Assembly: GCF_006345805.1 (NCBI RefSeq)
Contig: NC_042999.1
Location: forward strand, 137,082,001 to 137,146,000
Source of the DNA: Octopus sinensis
Lineage: Eukaryota
Direction: 5' to 3'
DNA length: 64,000 bases
The notes under the pieces were generated by a model. It searched no databases. It saw only the letters and a program-made list of their open reading frames with translations, and had not been told where the DNA came from. The translations under genes were made by a program, and so were the position numbers. Shown here piece by piece: positions 39,522 to 52,959 of the stretch (positions are counted from its first letter, which is position 1; each line of letters opens with the position of its first letter).

Positions 39522-40244
39522 CTTGTTTTATTTATATTCCTGAGCGCCATACTAATACAATTGTTTGTTTGTACTCCACCTGCCTTCGTCTTTTGTTTAT
39601 TTTCATAAAGCTTTCCGTTATTTTTATATATATATATATAGTGTATGATTATATATCTATTAATGTGAGTGTACGCGTATGAGTTTGTGTATGTATGTGC
39701 ATACATGTAGTGTAACTATGATAGTGTCTAAGATTTATGCTTCTATTGAATGTTTTTACTTCTCTAAATGAAATTCGTGCAATTTGCCCGGAATTTCACC
39801 CCTAAATAGGTTTTTTTTTTGTTATTTTTGTTGAAATTTCTTTTTCAATTTATACATTCTTAGTTAATGATATTAATTTCCTCCTAATTAACCACAGGAA
39901 ATCAATTTACTCTAGACACAAGTAAAAGAAGATTAATTAACTTGGCAAATTTATGAGCAGGTGGGTTTTCTTATTACTGTACATCCGTCCGTCGTTGCTC
40001 GAAGTCAGAAGTTGAAAAAGCTTCTAGCTCTAAATCCCTCAACATCTGAATGTCCTCATTGTAGAAAAATTCAAGTTAGAAAATGTAGTTATGTCTTGAA
40101 CTGGTTACAAGTTTCTATAAAGTGCTTAATTGCACAAACATCTTGTGATCAGCGCCCAGCTGAATATGACAAATATTTTAAATATACTCTGCTGTTAAAA
40201 TCACTGGTTAAATATCAGCAGTATATAATTCTTTTTAATGTTTG

Positions 40245-41600
40245 GCACAAGGCCAGCAGTTTTGAGGGAAAGAGTTTGGTCGATTTATATCGTCTCCAGG
40301 GCTTAACTAGTACCTATTTATCAACTTCCGAAAGGGACGAAAAGCTAAGTCGACCTCTGCGAAACTTGAACTCAGAACGTAACGAGCCAGAAGAAATGAC
40401 GCTAAGCTTTCTGTTTGACACGTTAACTGTTCTGCCATACTCGCCGCCTTATAATAACGATTTTATTATGGAAGTGGGGTCAGGGACAGGTAATGGATTA
40501 ACTCGATACTTGACAATAACTTGTTTTTATTGACAAGAAAAGCTAAAGTCGAGCTGGTTGGAAATGAACTCTGCACATAAAGAAAATATCAAACCTAAAT
40601 ACTGCATGGCATCGTGTCAGGCACTTTCTCGATTCTGCTACTCTGCCGCCGTCAGCAATAATCTTTTCTACTCTAGGCACAAGGCCTGAAATTTTGGGGT
40701 GAGGGGCTAGTCGATTAAGGCAAAGTCGACCTCTGCGGAATTTGAACTCAGAACGTAAAGACAAACGAAATACCCATTTCTTTACTACCCACAAGGGACT
40801 AAACACAGAGGGGACAAACAAGGACAGACAAACGGATTAAGTCGATTACATCGACTCCAGTGCGTAACTGGTAGTTAATTTATCGACCCCGAAAGGATGA
40901 AAGGCAAAGTCGACCTCGGCGGAATTTGAACTCAGAACGTAACGACAGACGAAATACCGCTAAGCATTTCGCCCGGCGTTCTAATCTTTCTGCCAGCGTC
41001 AGCAATAATAATGTTTCTAATTTAGGTAGAAGGCCTGTAGTTTTGAGGGGAAGGAATAACTCGATTAAATCAACCCCATTAATTGACTGGCACTTTATTC
41101 TATCGACTTTGAAGGGATAAAAGGTAAAATTAATCGCAGTGGGATTTGAATTCAAAACACAAATGCTCGCAAAACATTTTCCCGATGCTCTAACGTTTCT
41201 AATAATCCGCCTCTATATGTTTATTCGTGTTCAACATGCAACTTCTTTCGTCAAAGCCACCAAATAGAAAAACTACCGACGCTTGCTTACCGAATGAAGG
41301 TGGCAGGGCGATTTTCACAATGACCTCGGCCGATAGCCAAATCTGTTCTACATGCAACAACAGTTGTTCAACATAACTCCACTAGTCAGTTTCGGTTGAA
41401 TGTCGCTCTTTGTGTATCTCTGTCGGCACCTTCATACCTTTAGATTTTATTCTGAGTTGACTTTGCCTTTCATCCTTTTGGGGTCGATAAATTATGTACC
41501 AGTTATGCACTGGTGTCGATCTAATCGACTTAATCCCTTTGTCTGTCTTTGTTTGCCCCCTCTATGTTTAGCCCCTTGTGGGCAATAAAGAAATAAGATT
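40245..41600. mobile_element. Cluster of at least five family B SINE copies/fragments
   Basis: GTCGACCTC(T/G)GCGGAATTTGAACTCAGAACGT recurs at about 40350, 40725 and 40910 (minus strand); a further minus copy at about 41100-41200 and a plus-strand copy at 41454-41599. Confidence 0.85.
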
Positions 41601-41649
41601 TTTTCTGAGTCGGCAGTTTTCTTCCCTGTAACATAATAAAGTCCTCCAT

Positions 41650-42360
41650 AATAGACCAACGTAATAGACACTCAGTTTCTGCGAGAACTTAGTTACTCTT
41701 CCCTGTCACCAATCATCTATAGAAAGCTAATGTGGAAGATCTACCGACCTCATTGTCCAAAATGGAATTTCCTTCCCAGGTACGGAACTTGCTTAGTTTT
41801 TGCTTTTGTTTCCACCTCGTATTCCTTTAGGGTTCTGAGCGCCTCGCAACATTATCATTACCTTTACTGACTCAGGATTGCAGCTCTGTCAAGAGACGAG
41901 TTGGAGTTGTGGAAAGACTTGCAAATCGACCACACCTGCTCATCAAGGTGGAATCTCTGCATATTCCTCAGTTTACGTCTACGCATCATCAGTCTGAGCA
42001 TATCGAGCCGATTGCGTAGAGAGGGTTGGAAATAGATGGCTCGTCCGACCAGTGAAACGTGCCCTCTTTCACAAGAAAAGTAGATGTTCTATTCTAGCCA
42101 AAGAGAAATTGAAACCTGGTGTGGTACCTCACGATGTTTTGCCAAGATGGATTTACCCTCCCAGGTACCGAGCTGCAAATTACCCAGCATGCTTAGGTTA
42201 ACTCTTGCTTCCTGCAAAATCTCTCAATCTTTTAGATTAGTGCCAACTATCTCGATTTCTGTGGTGTCCGACTCCATTATATTGGTGTCTTCTGTATATA
42301 CCAATACGGCTCTCCTACGTCCCAATAGGAACAAAGTGTATCCCCCTAACGCCTAGTTTT
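41650..42360 (-). mobile_element. Degenerate L1/Tx1-clade LINE RT fragment
   Basis: AVLVYTEDTNIMESDTTEIEIVGTNLKD*EILQEARVN..LQLGTWEGKS (YTED at about 42287-42298, equivalent to YADD); downstream LMMRRRKLRNMQRFHLDEQVWS. Confidence 0.7.
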
Positions 42361-43163
42361 CGTAGCAGTGTTTCACTTACTGTTTTTCAAAATTGATCCG
42401 ATGTTCAATCCGATGCTTTTTAGACTGACCACTATGTTGATGCTGCTGTACATTAAAGCGATTCAGCCCCTGAAAACGGCATTGAAACTAACTGCATTGA
42501 AAATCGACCCAATCGAAAACTTTCGATTGATCCAAATCGATCAGTCGCACTGAAGTCAGGGTTGTTATCCATCCTCTCTACGATGTTTTGCATGAGAACG
42601 ACTGCTTATTTACATTGTAAATAAATATACAGAAACAGTGCAGAGAGAGGAAACTGTACTGTGGTAACAAATTATAGCATTTAATTTAAATGCTACAGTC
42701 CAGCGAGGAAGCCTCTGTGTGGTCGTTCTTTTTACTTGAAATATCAGCCAAATCCGCACACACACAAGAACATACCCGTTTATCTTAAAGGATGGAACAT
42801 ATTGAAAAATGTGGTCCTCAATACACCGATAATCACAGCTAGACGCTCTTTAATCGCTTGTCTATTCAAATAGGGCTGACTTGGTGTTAAACAGGAGAGA
42901 TAACTGAAACTCGATGAATTATTAACAATGAAAGTAGTTGGTTCGAATTTCATCCTAAGCTGCCAAAATATAGATGGGCACTAGTCCATATAGTTATTTA
43001 GATAAAAATAAATATATAATAAAGATAACAGAATATCGATCTTGTTGGTTTCGACAAGAATATGACCACGCTTAATATAATTAGTAATTTCCAACAGGCG
43101 GGAGGCCACAAATCGTGATGTAGGGAAGGAGAACCAATTCTTGACTATCCGGGTTCACTTAGA

Positions 43164-43575
43164 AGCAGCGATGGATATGATAGTGTTTGTGACATACAGA
43201 TGGACGGAATTCAGTTTTTCACTTCACGGTGGGGAGAAAGAGGTTTATAGTGTCTAATTCTCGACTCGCGGATCTTAGCATACCCATGTTTCTCAAAGCC
43301 CATTTTTATCACTGCTCGTAAAGTGTCGATAGGCCCGAAACTTTGGTCATCGTTGCTTAGCTTAAACTCAGCGCGGATCGGACAGCATATGGTGAAAAAC
43401 TGTTCCAGTAGCAACAACATCCTCTTTTAATATATCTGAGAACATGCATGGGGCCGCATGAAACATGGCCCATCATCAGGCGATCCACAATACTTTAAAA
43501 ATTCAAGGTAATTTTTCGTTAGGTGTGCTTTTCAGAAAGTCCGCGGACTACAGTTTGTCTGCCCATGACAGTCTT
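43164..43575. mobile_element. hAT-like non-autonomous element (a related end lies at 59480-59612)
   Basis: Shares AAAATTCAAGGTAATTTTT.CGTTAGG.GTGC...TGCCCAT.AC.G with 59480-59612; CAGCGATGG-like left end. Confidence 0.5.
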
Positions 43576-44778
43576 GGCACTACGTCTTATTTATTATAAG
43601 AGGATAGCAGTTTAGTTTGGCTGCTATTTCATTTACGATATTTTAATGAGCTGGCCAAGGTAATCCCATCGGGTCACCATTTTTAGCTGGGGTGGTTATA
43701 AAGTCTCCCTTGGTTTACTATGGAATGTTGTATACAGCGTGTTAACTCGTGGAAATGATACAAGAAACAAACTTTAAAATAATAGTAAGACTTTATTCCT
43801 CTGCAAAATTATACAGTGGACCAGACAAGAAAATTACAGCAAAGCTGCGTGATAAATGGTGTCAGATGTGGCATGCAGACCATCATATAACTTGTTTCAT
43901 CATTCCTTCCTTTCCGTTTTAGTTTGACATGCACATTGCGTTTTTATTCTTCTCTTCCTTTTTACGAATTCAGTGTGCACATGTGCATTGCGTGTTCATA
44001 CTTCTTTCCGGTTCCTAGTCAAAACTGTTTACAGATCACAACCATCTCACGAACCTGCCTTCATGAGTAGGTCTTCGCGCTCCGATTGTTGTGAAATAAC
44101 ACACCACGGATTCAGTTAGGATAAATCAACTCTGAATTTTCGTTGGTTACAAGTGCTTCGTTATAACAGCAGGAAAATATGACGCGTGCTCTAGGAAATC
44201 TCTCTTCTCACTGCTCAAATGATTTGACATAACTATTTATAAGCAGAGTGTAGGTTCCAGCGATGATTCAGATTAATCGTTTGGGGATGTATTAAGCACA
44301 ACGTGATTAAACTCCAGATCCATGTCCCGCGTAATACTCGGCCAATCAAAATACAAGGCTCAACCAAATGTTCCAAACTTACGTAATAGGTCAAACGACC
44401 AATCATTAAAGATTAACGTGTGGAACCTTATTTAAGGTTTGTTGAACATAAAATTTCACAACAGAAACAATATAGAAACGAACTTCTTAAGCGTAATTAA
44501 TATAATAATTATGTATGGCTGTGTATATAATAATGGTTTCTTACAGAAGTATAACGCCACATATTTTGGGGAAGGAGAACAGTCGAATATATCTAGTTCT
44601 TGAATTGTAGTTTTTACCGATCCCTGAAGAATGAAAGGCACGTAAATTTGAACTCAAGATATAAAGGGTTGTAACTAAACACCATAAGGCATTTTGCCCA
44701 GAGCTTCATCGAATCTGCTGATATGTATTGTATCTGCTTATCTATTTTCAAGTGAAAGACTCTGTTATATGCGTATAT

Positions 44779-45609
44779 ACTAGCTAAATTACCCGGTAAT
44801 ACCCGGGAAAACGGGGGTTATTTCCTGTTCCTCTTCTCAGGTTTCATGTCCTATCCCGTTCCCGTTTTAGTTCCGCTCCCATTCCTATGTCAGTATATAA
44901 ATTTTAGAATCAGTTAGGTGTAATTAAGCCATTAAATATTTTAATCTTTATGGTTATAGTTTATTGCTAAAAACAGGTATTACAAACTGTTAATAGTGGG
45001 TGGATAAGGAATGTCTCTATATTATTCTAACAAATGAATATGCATTTGAGTAAAATAAATCAGATTTACAAATACATTGACAAATAGTCTGCGTGCTGTA
45101 ACTGGCGTTGTTGCGTGTCGTAGCTTATCGTAGCGTGGCCTTTATCTCGTGTTGCGCGATAAAAATAATTAAGATGTTATGGTGATTTGGGTTTAATTCA
45201 TCAAATTAATCTCATGGTGAACCAACTTCCAAGTCATTTTTCATTTCATTGCTCCATGAATCCTATCCACGAATCTTGCAGTTGACCGTGTCCTTAATGT
45301 GACCTTAGCGTGACGTACAATTCATGTAGAATTGTTCTTACAAAGGTCGCACCCTGTTTACATGAAGGACTGCATGGTTAGAGCCTTACAGAAGCCTTAC
45401 TTAATTCATATCAGTAGATGTGTTATTGATTTGTAAACATGAGCTTCAGCCACCCCTAGGGGGCTCATTATAGTTTTTTATTGAAATCCAGTTAGCCTAT
45501 AATTCAACTGGATGTTAGTTTAACATGTATGCAAAGTTTCTTCGAGATTGGTTCACTGGTATAGGCAACAAGATGGTAACAAACAGAAATTACCATTTAT
45601 GTATAAGAT
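44779..45609 (+). mobile_element. Non-autonomous Helitron-like element (Lep1/DINE-like architecture)
   Basis: 5' ACTAGC...CCCGG-TAATAC-CCGGG hairpin; 3' GCAAAGTTTC..GAGATTGGTTCACTGG...AAACAGAAATT..ATTTATGTATAAGAT. Confidence 0.65.
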
Positions 45610-47270
45610 TTTATACAGTCAGTAGCCACTAAATTTGTAAAGCTGCATAAAGAAAAAGAAAAGAAACATAAGAGTATTTAATATTCCGGTTTGCCTGTAA
45701 ATTACTGCTTTTGTGATTCTCAATTCTATCATCATATGTGGGGCAATATAGCGTCTTCTCATTTTATCTTTTCCTCTTGAATCTAATCCTACCTTCCTCC
45801 GTCTATTGTCCTGCGTGTGTGTTCGTTCCACATATCCCTTTTATCTCTTTTCCGAAAATCAACATAGTTGTTCAACCTAGCGGCAATAGGAAAGTAGCCA
45901 CCAAATCGTCCTCAAATCTCGTCCTACTGTGTAAGAAAATGACTTTCGGATAATGTTGCATTAATTGTACTATGCCTAACGAAGAAGAAAAAAGACACGC
46001 TTGAATTATGTTCGATTACAGGATTGCTGGATCAGCGTTGACATGGAGCCCAAACGATAACAAAATCGACATGAGTCTGCAAAATCATAAGATTGGATTA
46101 GCTTGCTTATGCAAATGGTGGTCACTACGGAGCAGGGTTAGGGGGTGAAGAACTGGAGAATCTTCTGTGGATTGAGCCTGTAATCCGGTTTTGATTAGCA
46201 TCGAGAACTACCTAGGTTTACTTCACGTCAGTACTCATATAGTCGGAAATCGAAAGATGTTTATCCAGAAACTTTATTATACTTTAAATTACCTTCCGAC
46301 ATATATCTCAAGACTTCACTTTTGGTAACGCCGGATATTTTGGGTTGTATTAAATATACATATCCTATGCTAGTATCTTACATATGTAATATAATGAGTT
46401 GAAAAACTTAGATAAACCTCGTAATTAGTCGACAAAACCATCTCAAAAAGTAATTAAAATATCAAAACAATCAAATGAATATAATTTATTTACTTAATTT
46501 ATTACGTCTTTTATTCTGATATAGTCAATCTAGGATGACATCCAGTGAGTTTTTTTTTTTCTTTTAAATGATAGTATTATGAGGGAGAGAATTAGCTGCA
46601 GTTTTTCGCATTGTTGGCTTGAGAATGAATATTCGAATAATTGAAGAAATGGCTACGGCTTGTAACTGCAGAGTTCCAACACTTAATCAAGAGGAGACCA
46701 ACATTTGAAAGTAAAATTATTCTTGCCATATATTAATACTTCGTGAGGGAATGAGAGATGAAGATTTGCCTCATCTTCAAATTTCTTTTATATCTGTATT
46801 TACGTTTTGTTTGCAGATAAAGGTGTTCTTTACAAGGTGTTAATATAATGTGGAACATGTATAGATTTAATTACGGTAGAGTTCCAATGGAAGACTCTTC
46901 AATGTTACACCTGGTTTGTGAAATTTTTCTGTGTGTATACATCAAAGTGATTGAACAATGGAGTTTAAGATGCAGCATAGTGCTAAATGTACAATTTCGT
47001 ACTTTCTTCTGTTGCTGGTATTTGAAAGATGTTCAGTAAGTCTGGGATAAGAAATCTATCTAGACAGTTAATTTCTCATACGGTGAAAGATCTTAACCAT
47101 GTATAGACAAAACTTTGAGTGTTATTGTATATGTATATAAAAAGATTTTGTGTATAGCAAAGTTGAGGAGTGATACAATCCATGAGATTCTCTAAAACCC
47201 TTTTTTGTATCACCTTGCTTGGAATGGTCCTAGTTCTCTGTCTGAAACCACCTATTTTCAGTATGATATA

Positions 47271-47668
47271 CCCATGCAAGTGATCCCTCACCACCGACTT
47301 CGTCTTTTCATAAATTTCTGAAAAATCTGCATTTTTTTTTAACTGAAATTTTCTACAAATGCCTTTCAGATGGTGTAAATTATGATTATATCGAAATTTA
47401 ATGTGAAAAAGCATAATCGGCGGGCTCTTACACATACAAATACACTTCACATCGCATAATGTTTTCAAAATTTCAAATTTCATTTTGTAGATAATATATG
47501 ATGTTTGTGTGCGCCGACTGATTTTATTTTCACATTAAATTCCGATATAATCATAGTATACACCATCTGTAAAGTATTTGTAGAAAATTTCATTAAAAGA
47601 TATACATTTTTCTGAAAGTTATGAGGAAACAAAATCGTAGGAGGGGTGGTGGTTAACACTCGTGTAGG
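47271..47668. mobile_element. MITE with ~150-bp TIRs and TA flanks
   Basis: The left arm (TTTTCTACAAAT..TT.CAGATGGTGTA.A.TATGATTATATCG.AATTTAATGTGAAAA) is the reverse complement of 47500-47640; termini CCCATGCAAGTG/CACTCGTGTAGG. Confidence 0.85.
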
Positions 47669-50107
47669 TATGCCTTAAAATTTTATATCTAATTATAAAA
47701 ACAACACGAGTATTTCGATACTTAAAACTTTCATATGAGAATGTTTTCTTTTAGAAGTTGTGTTCAAAATTCCAGCTTAATGTACTACCAAACTCAGATG
47801 ATTATGATGCTAGACTCCTCTAAATTCTTGATTATCTTGTATTAATTGAAACACGTAAGCAAGCTATCTACTCTTGTCGAGGAGACAAATACAGTTAAAA
47901 CTTGTCTCTAATAAAAAGTTGTACCAAAATTCTTATCAATTTAATTTTGTTTATAAACAGCTTTAGCAACTAAGGCTTGACCTCCTTGGGTTGAGAAAGG
48001 TTATACGTTCTTGAAAAGTAATCTCACTCTCTTTCTCTCTCTTCTTCTTCTTCTCTCATAATTTTCCTCTGTCTTATCTACTTTTTAAGCAAATAAAAGC
48101 TAGGTCACATAGTCACCTAGTTAGCCTATTTGTTAACGGAGAAATTGTAACAGTAATGAAAAAGATGTTTACATTAGTGTACATTTTAATTTAACGTCAA
48201 AAAGGAAAAATATAATTGGATACTTATTTTTTTTTTGTATCTTATATACAGTAGGTCATATTTTGTATTCTAAATAGTCAGGTCATATTATTAATGTTAT
48301 AGGGAACGCTCGCGCGCGCGCACACATATATGCACAGCTGAAGGGAAGCTGTTAGTTTGTATAAATTACGTGGCATGTAATTTCATCACCCGGTAATTTT
48401 ATCCCAAGGTAATTACATAGTGAGCCAATAACATCGGTAAAAATTCATCATCAAAGTTTTATTCGTAGAGTAAATGTCATATTTCAATGAAAAAAAAAGG
48501 TGGGGGATCAAAGACGAATATCTAGACATCTTGAAAATGAATGGAATCATCCGGAAGTAAATGTTTCAAATTTGGGCAGAAGTCCAGCAATTTCAGTGAG
48601 AGGGAACCTAACTGCTGGTTTATTATTTTATCGACCAGAAAGAATGAAAGGTAAAGTTGACCTGCATGGTATTTGAACTTGGAAAGTAAAGAGTCAAATA
48701 AATATCGCAAGTCCGACACACTTATGATTCTGCTAACTCGCCGCTTTCGGGAATGAAGTAATGATAGAACTAAAGAGTTTCGATAAGAAAGAAAACCAAA
48801 ATTGCGAAATACTGCTGCGGCAATTTGCCTTTTGAGAATGCTCCCCCTCCCCACTTTAGTTATTTTTTATTTTTTAAATGATTCTATTTTTAGAAATAAC
48901 GGTGATTTAAAAAAAAAATTATGCACACACACACACACACGTTTGTATGTACATTTGACATCGTGTGATGATTGTGAATAGGTATCACCGTTGTATAAGC
49001 GATGCTGTTCATTCCTAGTCTTCCATGAAAAACATGTCTGTAAACGGGAAAAAAATTACTTAGCTTGGAAACAAGTAAAACTTGGTGGCAGGAAGGGCAT
49101 CTGACGGAAAAATCTGCTTCAATAAATTTCTTCTGATCCTTGCAAGCACGGAAAAGTGGACGTTAAACGATGATGATGATAAATAAATTTTTAGTTTAAT
49201 TTCTATTTCATTAAGGAAATGAAGCATATTATATTTATTCAGTGAATAAAAATGTAAAATGTTTAGCTGTGTATTTACTCAGCAGACCAAAAGCATGACG
49301 TTGAATTTGCCACTGATGTATTGACTCGCACTTAATTAGAAGCGATGCGATTAATTTGTTATTGTTAATTTACCACTTATTGTCTATTGGTGCTCTGTGT
49401 GTGTGTGTGTGAGAGAGAGAGAGAAAGAGTGCGCTTGTGTTTCTGTAAAACTTGGCTGCCTGTGTAGCGATGTTTCTTTTCATATTTAATTTCTAACAAT
49501 AGCTAATAGCTTTGATAGAGATAACCTCTGCCAAATTGACTTGACCTTAGCACACGACAGGAAAGCGGTCTCTACTGCAGATGACTCAAACCCCTGTTAA
49601 AAATTAGGGCACATTTCTTTATATTGTTGTTGATAAAAATAAGCTCTTCCGTTACTTAAACTTTCTTGGTAGAGAGAGGTTCATCAGTTTATCGACGAAG
49701 GATTTTCGAAACTTTTCTTTGATATGTCCCTAATAAAGTCTTTCAGCGAGTAATTTCAAATAATGAAAAATTTAAGTTAATACATATACTAAATAGAATA
49801 GATTAATAAAACTTCAAAATTTTCTCGAGAAGACTCTCGCTGTTTTGAGTTGTCACCCAATCTGCTAACAGACATTAGATTTCCGCCTACACACTTCAGC
49901 AGGAAAAATTGTTTTCTATAAAATTAATTCCTAAAATCAGTGTCTTTCCTTTTTAATAGCCGCCAACAATGATCTCTTCCCCCCCCCACCTCACCCCGTC
50001 TCTAAGGGGAATTTTATTCCATTGAAAAGTTGTGCGTACGTCATTCACACATACATCATCATTTATCTACTTGCAAACAATGTTTATATATATATATATA
50101 TATATAT

Positions 50108-50916
50108 ATAGTGTAATAAATAAAATATATGCATACATACAAACATATATGTACGTACCTACATCTACATGTATATATACATGCATATATAAATATATAT
50201 ATACGTGAGTACAGGACATCAAAACTAGACGTAGAACTCAACGAGAAACGAAAACGGAAAAAAACATTTTTTTACAACAGAAAAACAGAGTACAGGACAT
50301 ACTACACAAGGAAAAATCCCCTTCATCAGCTGTCACTAGTTCGACTCTAGCGTGTTTCGAAGGCAAGACAGAACACGACTCGCCAAACTAATCCTTCCTG
50401 CGAGAGAATTAAAATAAAATTACCTCGCAGAGGGGTAAAACCAAACAAGAAAAAAATGTAACACAAACAGGACGTAAAAACGATACAAATAAAACTACAA
50501 AATAAAATACAAGAAAATACAATACGAGAAATAAAAAGAAAATACAATACGAGAAACAAAGATAAACAAGAAAACAAACGAAAAGGCCTTTTTTCTGGCT
50601 GACGGAGGAGATGCTAGCAGCGCATGGGAACACAAATGTGTGTCTTTACAGTTTGAAGGCCGCGTGTAAAAGGAAGTAGTTTTGGCTAGCAGTGACAAAG
50701 ATGAAGAGGAATGAGAGAGAGATAGAGGAAGACAAGCGGCTGAGAGAGAGAAGGGAAGGTAAAGCAAAGAGATAAAGAATTTCGCGTCATAATTATATAT
50801 AAAACAGTCCTGGGAGAATAAGAACGGAACGGAACGAATCGAATCGAACCCGACGCGAGGGCGCTGTCAAACAATAGTGTAATAAATAAAATATATGCAT
50901 ACATACATATATGTAC

Positions 50917-50920
<4 letters not shown>
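50108..50920 (-). mobile_element. Z-family repeat (Penelope-pLTR-like), single arm with terminal direct repeats
   Basis: Same ordered blocks as 20550-21183 (CAGGACATCAAAA; CTTCATCAG; GTTTCGAAGG; AAATAAAATT; GCAGAGGG; purine-rich tail). A 34-bp direct repeat lies at 50108-50141 and 50874-50907. Confidence 0.65.
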
Positions 50921-50973
<53 letters not shown>

Positions 50974-51463
50974 GGAGAGTCTCATAGGGGCAATGACTGG
51001 CGATGAAGACCCGTCAAGCCAAGTGAGATCGTAGTCATGGGTGATGCTGGTGTCACATAACTGGCACCCGTGTCGGTGGCACGTAAAATCATCCATTGCA
51101 CTCTGAGTGGTTGGCGTTAGGAAGGGCATCCAGCTGTAGAAAACCATGCCAAATCAGACTTTAGTCTGGTGCAGCCTTCCAGCGCAACAGCTCTGGTCTA
51201 ACCGCCCAACCTATGCCAGCATGGGCAACGGACGTTAAATGATGATTATATATATGAGAGAGAGATAAAATCTTTTAAGATTTCTTTTAGGCATAGCGAT
51301 GCTAATAATCTGGTGTTAGAATTCAATATACATGTGCTTAGAATAAAGCGTTAGTAATATGAAATTAAATAAATGACAAGGGAATAGGAATCAGGTAATC
51401 AGCTTCATTATCTCCACTGTAATGAAATTGATTACACAATTCATGTCTGATTTATTTAATGAG

Positions 51464-51464
<1 letters not shown>

Positions 51465-51515
<51 letters not shown>

Positions 51516-51534
51516 GCATATATACATACGTATA

Positions 51535-51580
<46 letters not shown>

Positions 51581-51606
51581 ATTATATGCATATATACATA
51601 CGTATA

Positions 51607-51658
<52 letters not shown>

Positions 51659-52870
51659 GCATATATACATACGTATATGTACATATATATATATATATAT
51701 ATTATATATGCATATATACATACGTATATGTACATATATATATATATATTATATGCATATATACATACGTATATGTATATATATATATATATTATATGCA
51801 TATATACATACGTATATGTATATATATATATATATTATATGCATATATACATACGTATATGTATATATATATATATATTATATGCATATATACATACGTA
51901 TATGTACATATATATATATATTATATGCATATATACATACGTATATGTACATATATATATATATTATATGCATATATACATACGTATATGTACATATATA
52001 TATATATTATATGCATATATACATACGTATATGTACATATATATATATATTATATGCATATATACATACGTATATGTACATATATATTATATGCATATAT
52101 ACATACGTATATGTACATATATATATATATTATATGCATATATACATACGTATATGTACATATATATATATATATATTATATGCATATATACATACGTAT
52201 ATGTACATATATATATATATATATTATATGCATATATACATACGTATATGTACATATATATATATATATATTATATGCATATATACATACGTATATGTAC
52301 ATATATATATATATTATATGCATATATACATACGTATATGTACATATATATATATATTATATGCATATATACATACGTATATGTACATATATATATATAT
52401 TATATGCATATATACATACGTATATGTACATATATATATATATTATATGCATATATACATACGTATATGTACATATATATATATATTATATGCATATATA
52501 CATACGTATATGTACATATATATATATTTATATGCATATATACATACGTATATGTACATATATATATATATTATATGCATATATACATACGTATATGTAC
52601 ATATGTATATATTATATGCATATATACATACGTATATGTACATATGTATATATTATATGCATATATACATACGTATATGTACATATGTATATATTATATG
52701 CATATATACATAAGTATATATATGTACATACATATGTATATATTATATGCATATATACATACGTATATGTACATACATATGTATATATATATACATATAT
52801 ATTATATGCATATATACATATATATGTACATGCTTACATATGTATATATATATATTATATGCATATATAA
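51465..52870. repeat. Minisatellite of about 30 units, ~36-56 bp each: TATTATATGCATATATACATACGTATATGTACA(TA)n
   Basis: Directly visible; unit length varies in the (TA)n part; a CATATGTA variant is confined to the right-hand units. Confidence 0.95.
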
Positions 52871-52912
52871 ATACGTATATGTATATACATTCACACACAC
52901 ACACACATATAT

Positions 52913-52951
<39 letters not shown>

Positions 52952-52959
52952 CACACATA

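Noticed and set aside
39961-40533. 190-aa ORF
   Set aside because: The second half runs through a reversed family B SINE; no recognisable domain.
46817-47039. Exon-like segment after TTGCAG as NKAIN exon 2
   Set aside because: The phase-0 frame hits a stop after 8 codons and there is no FDFLGY/WAP motif.
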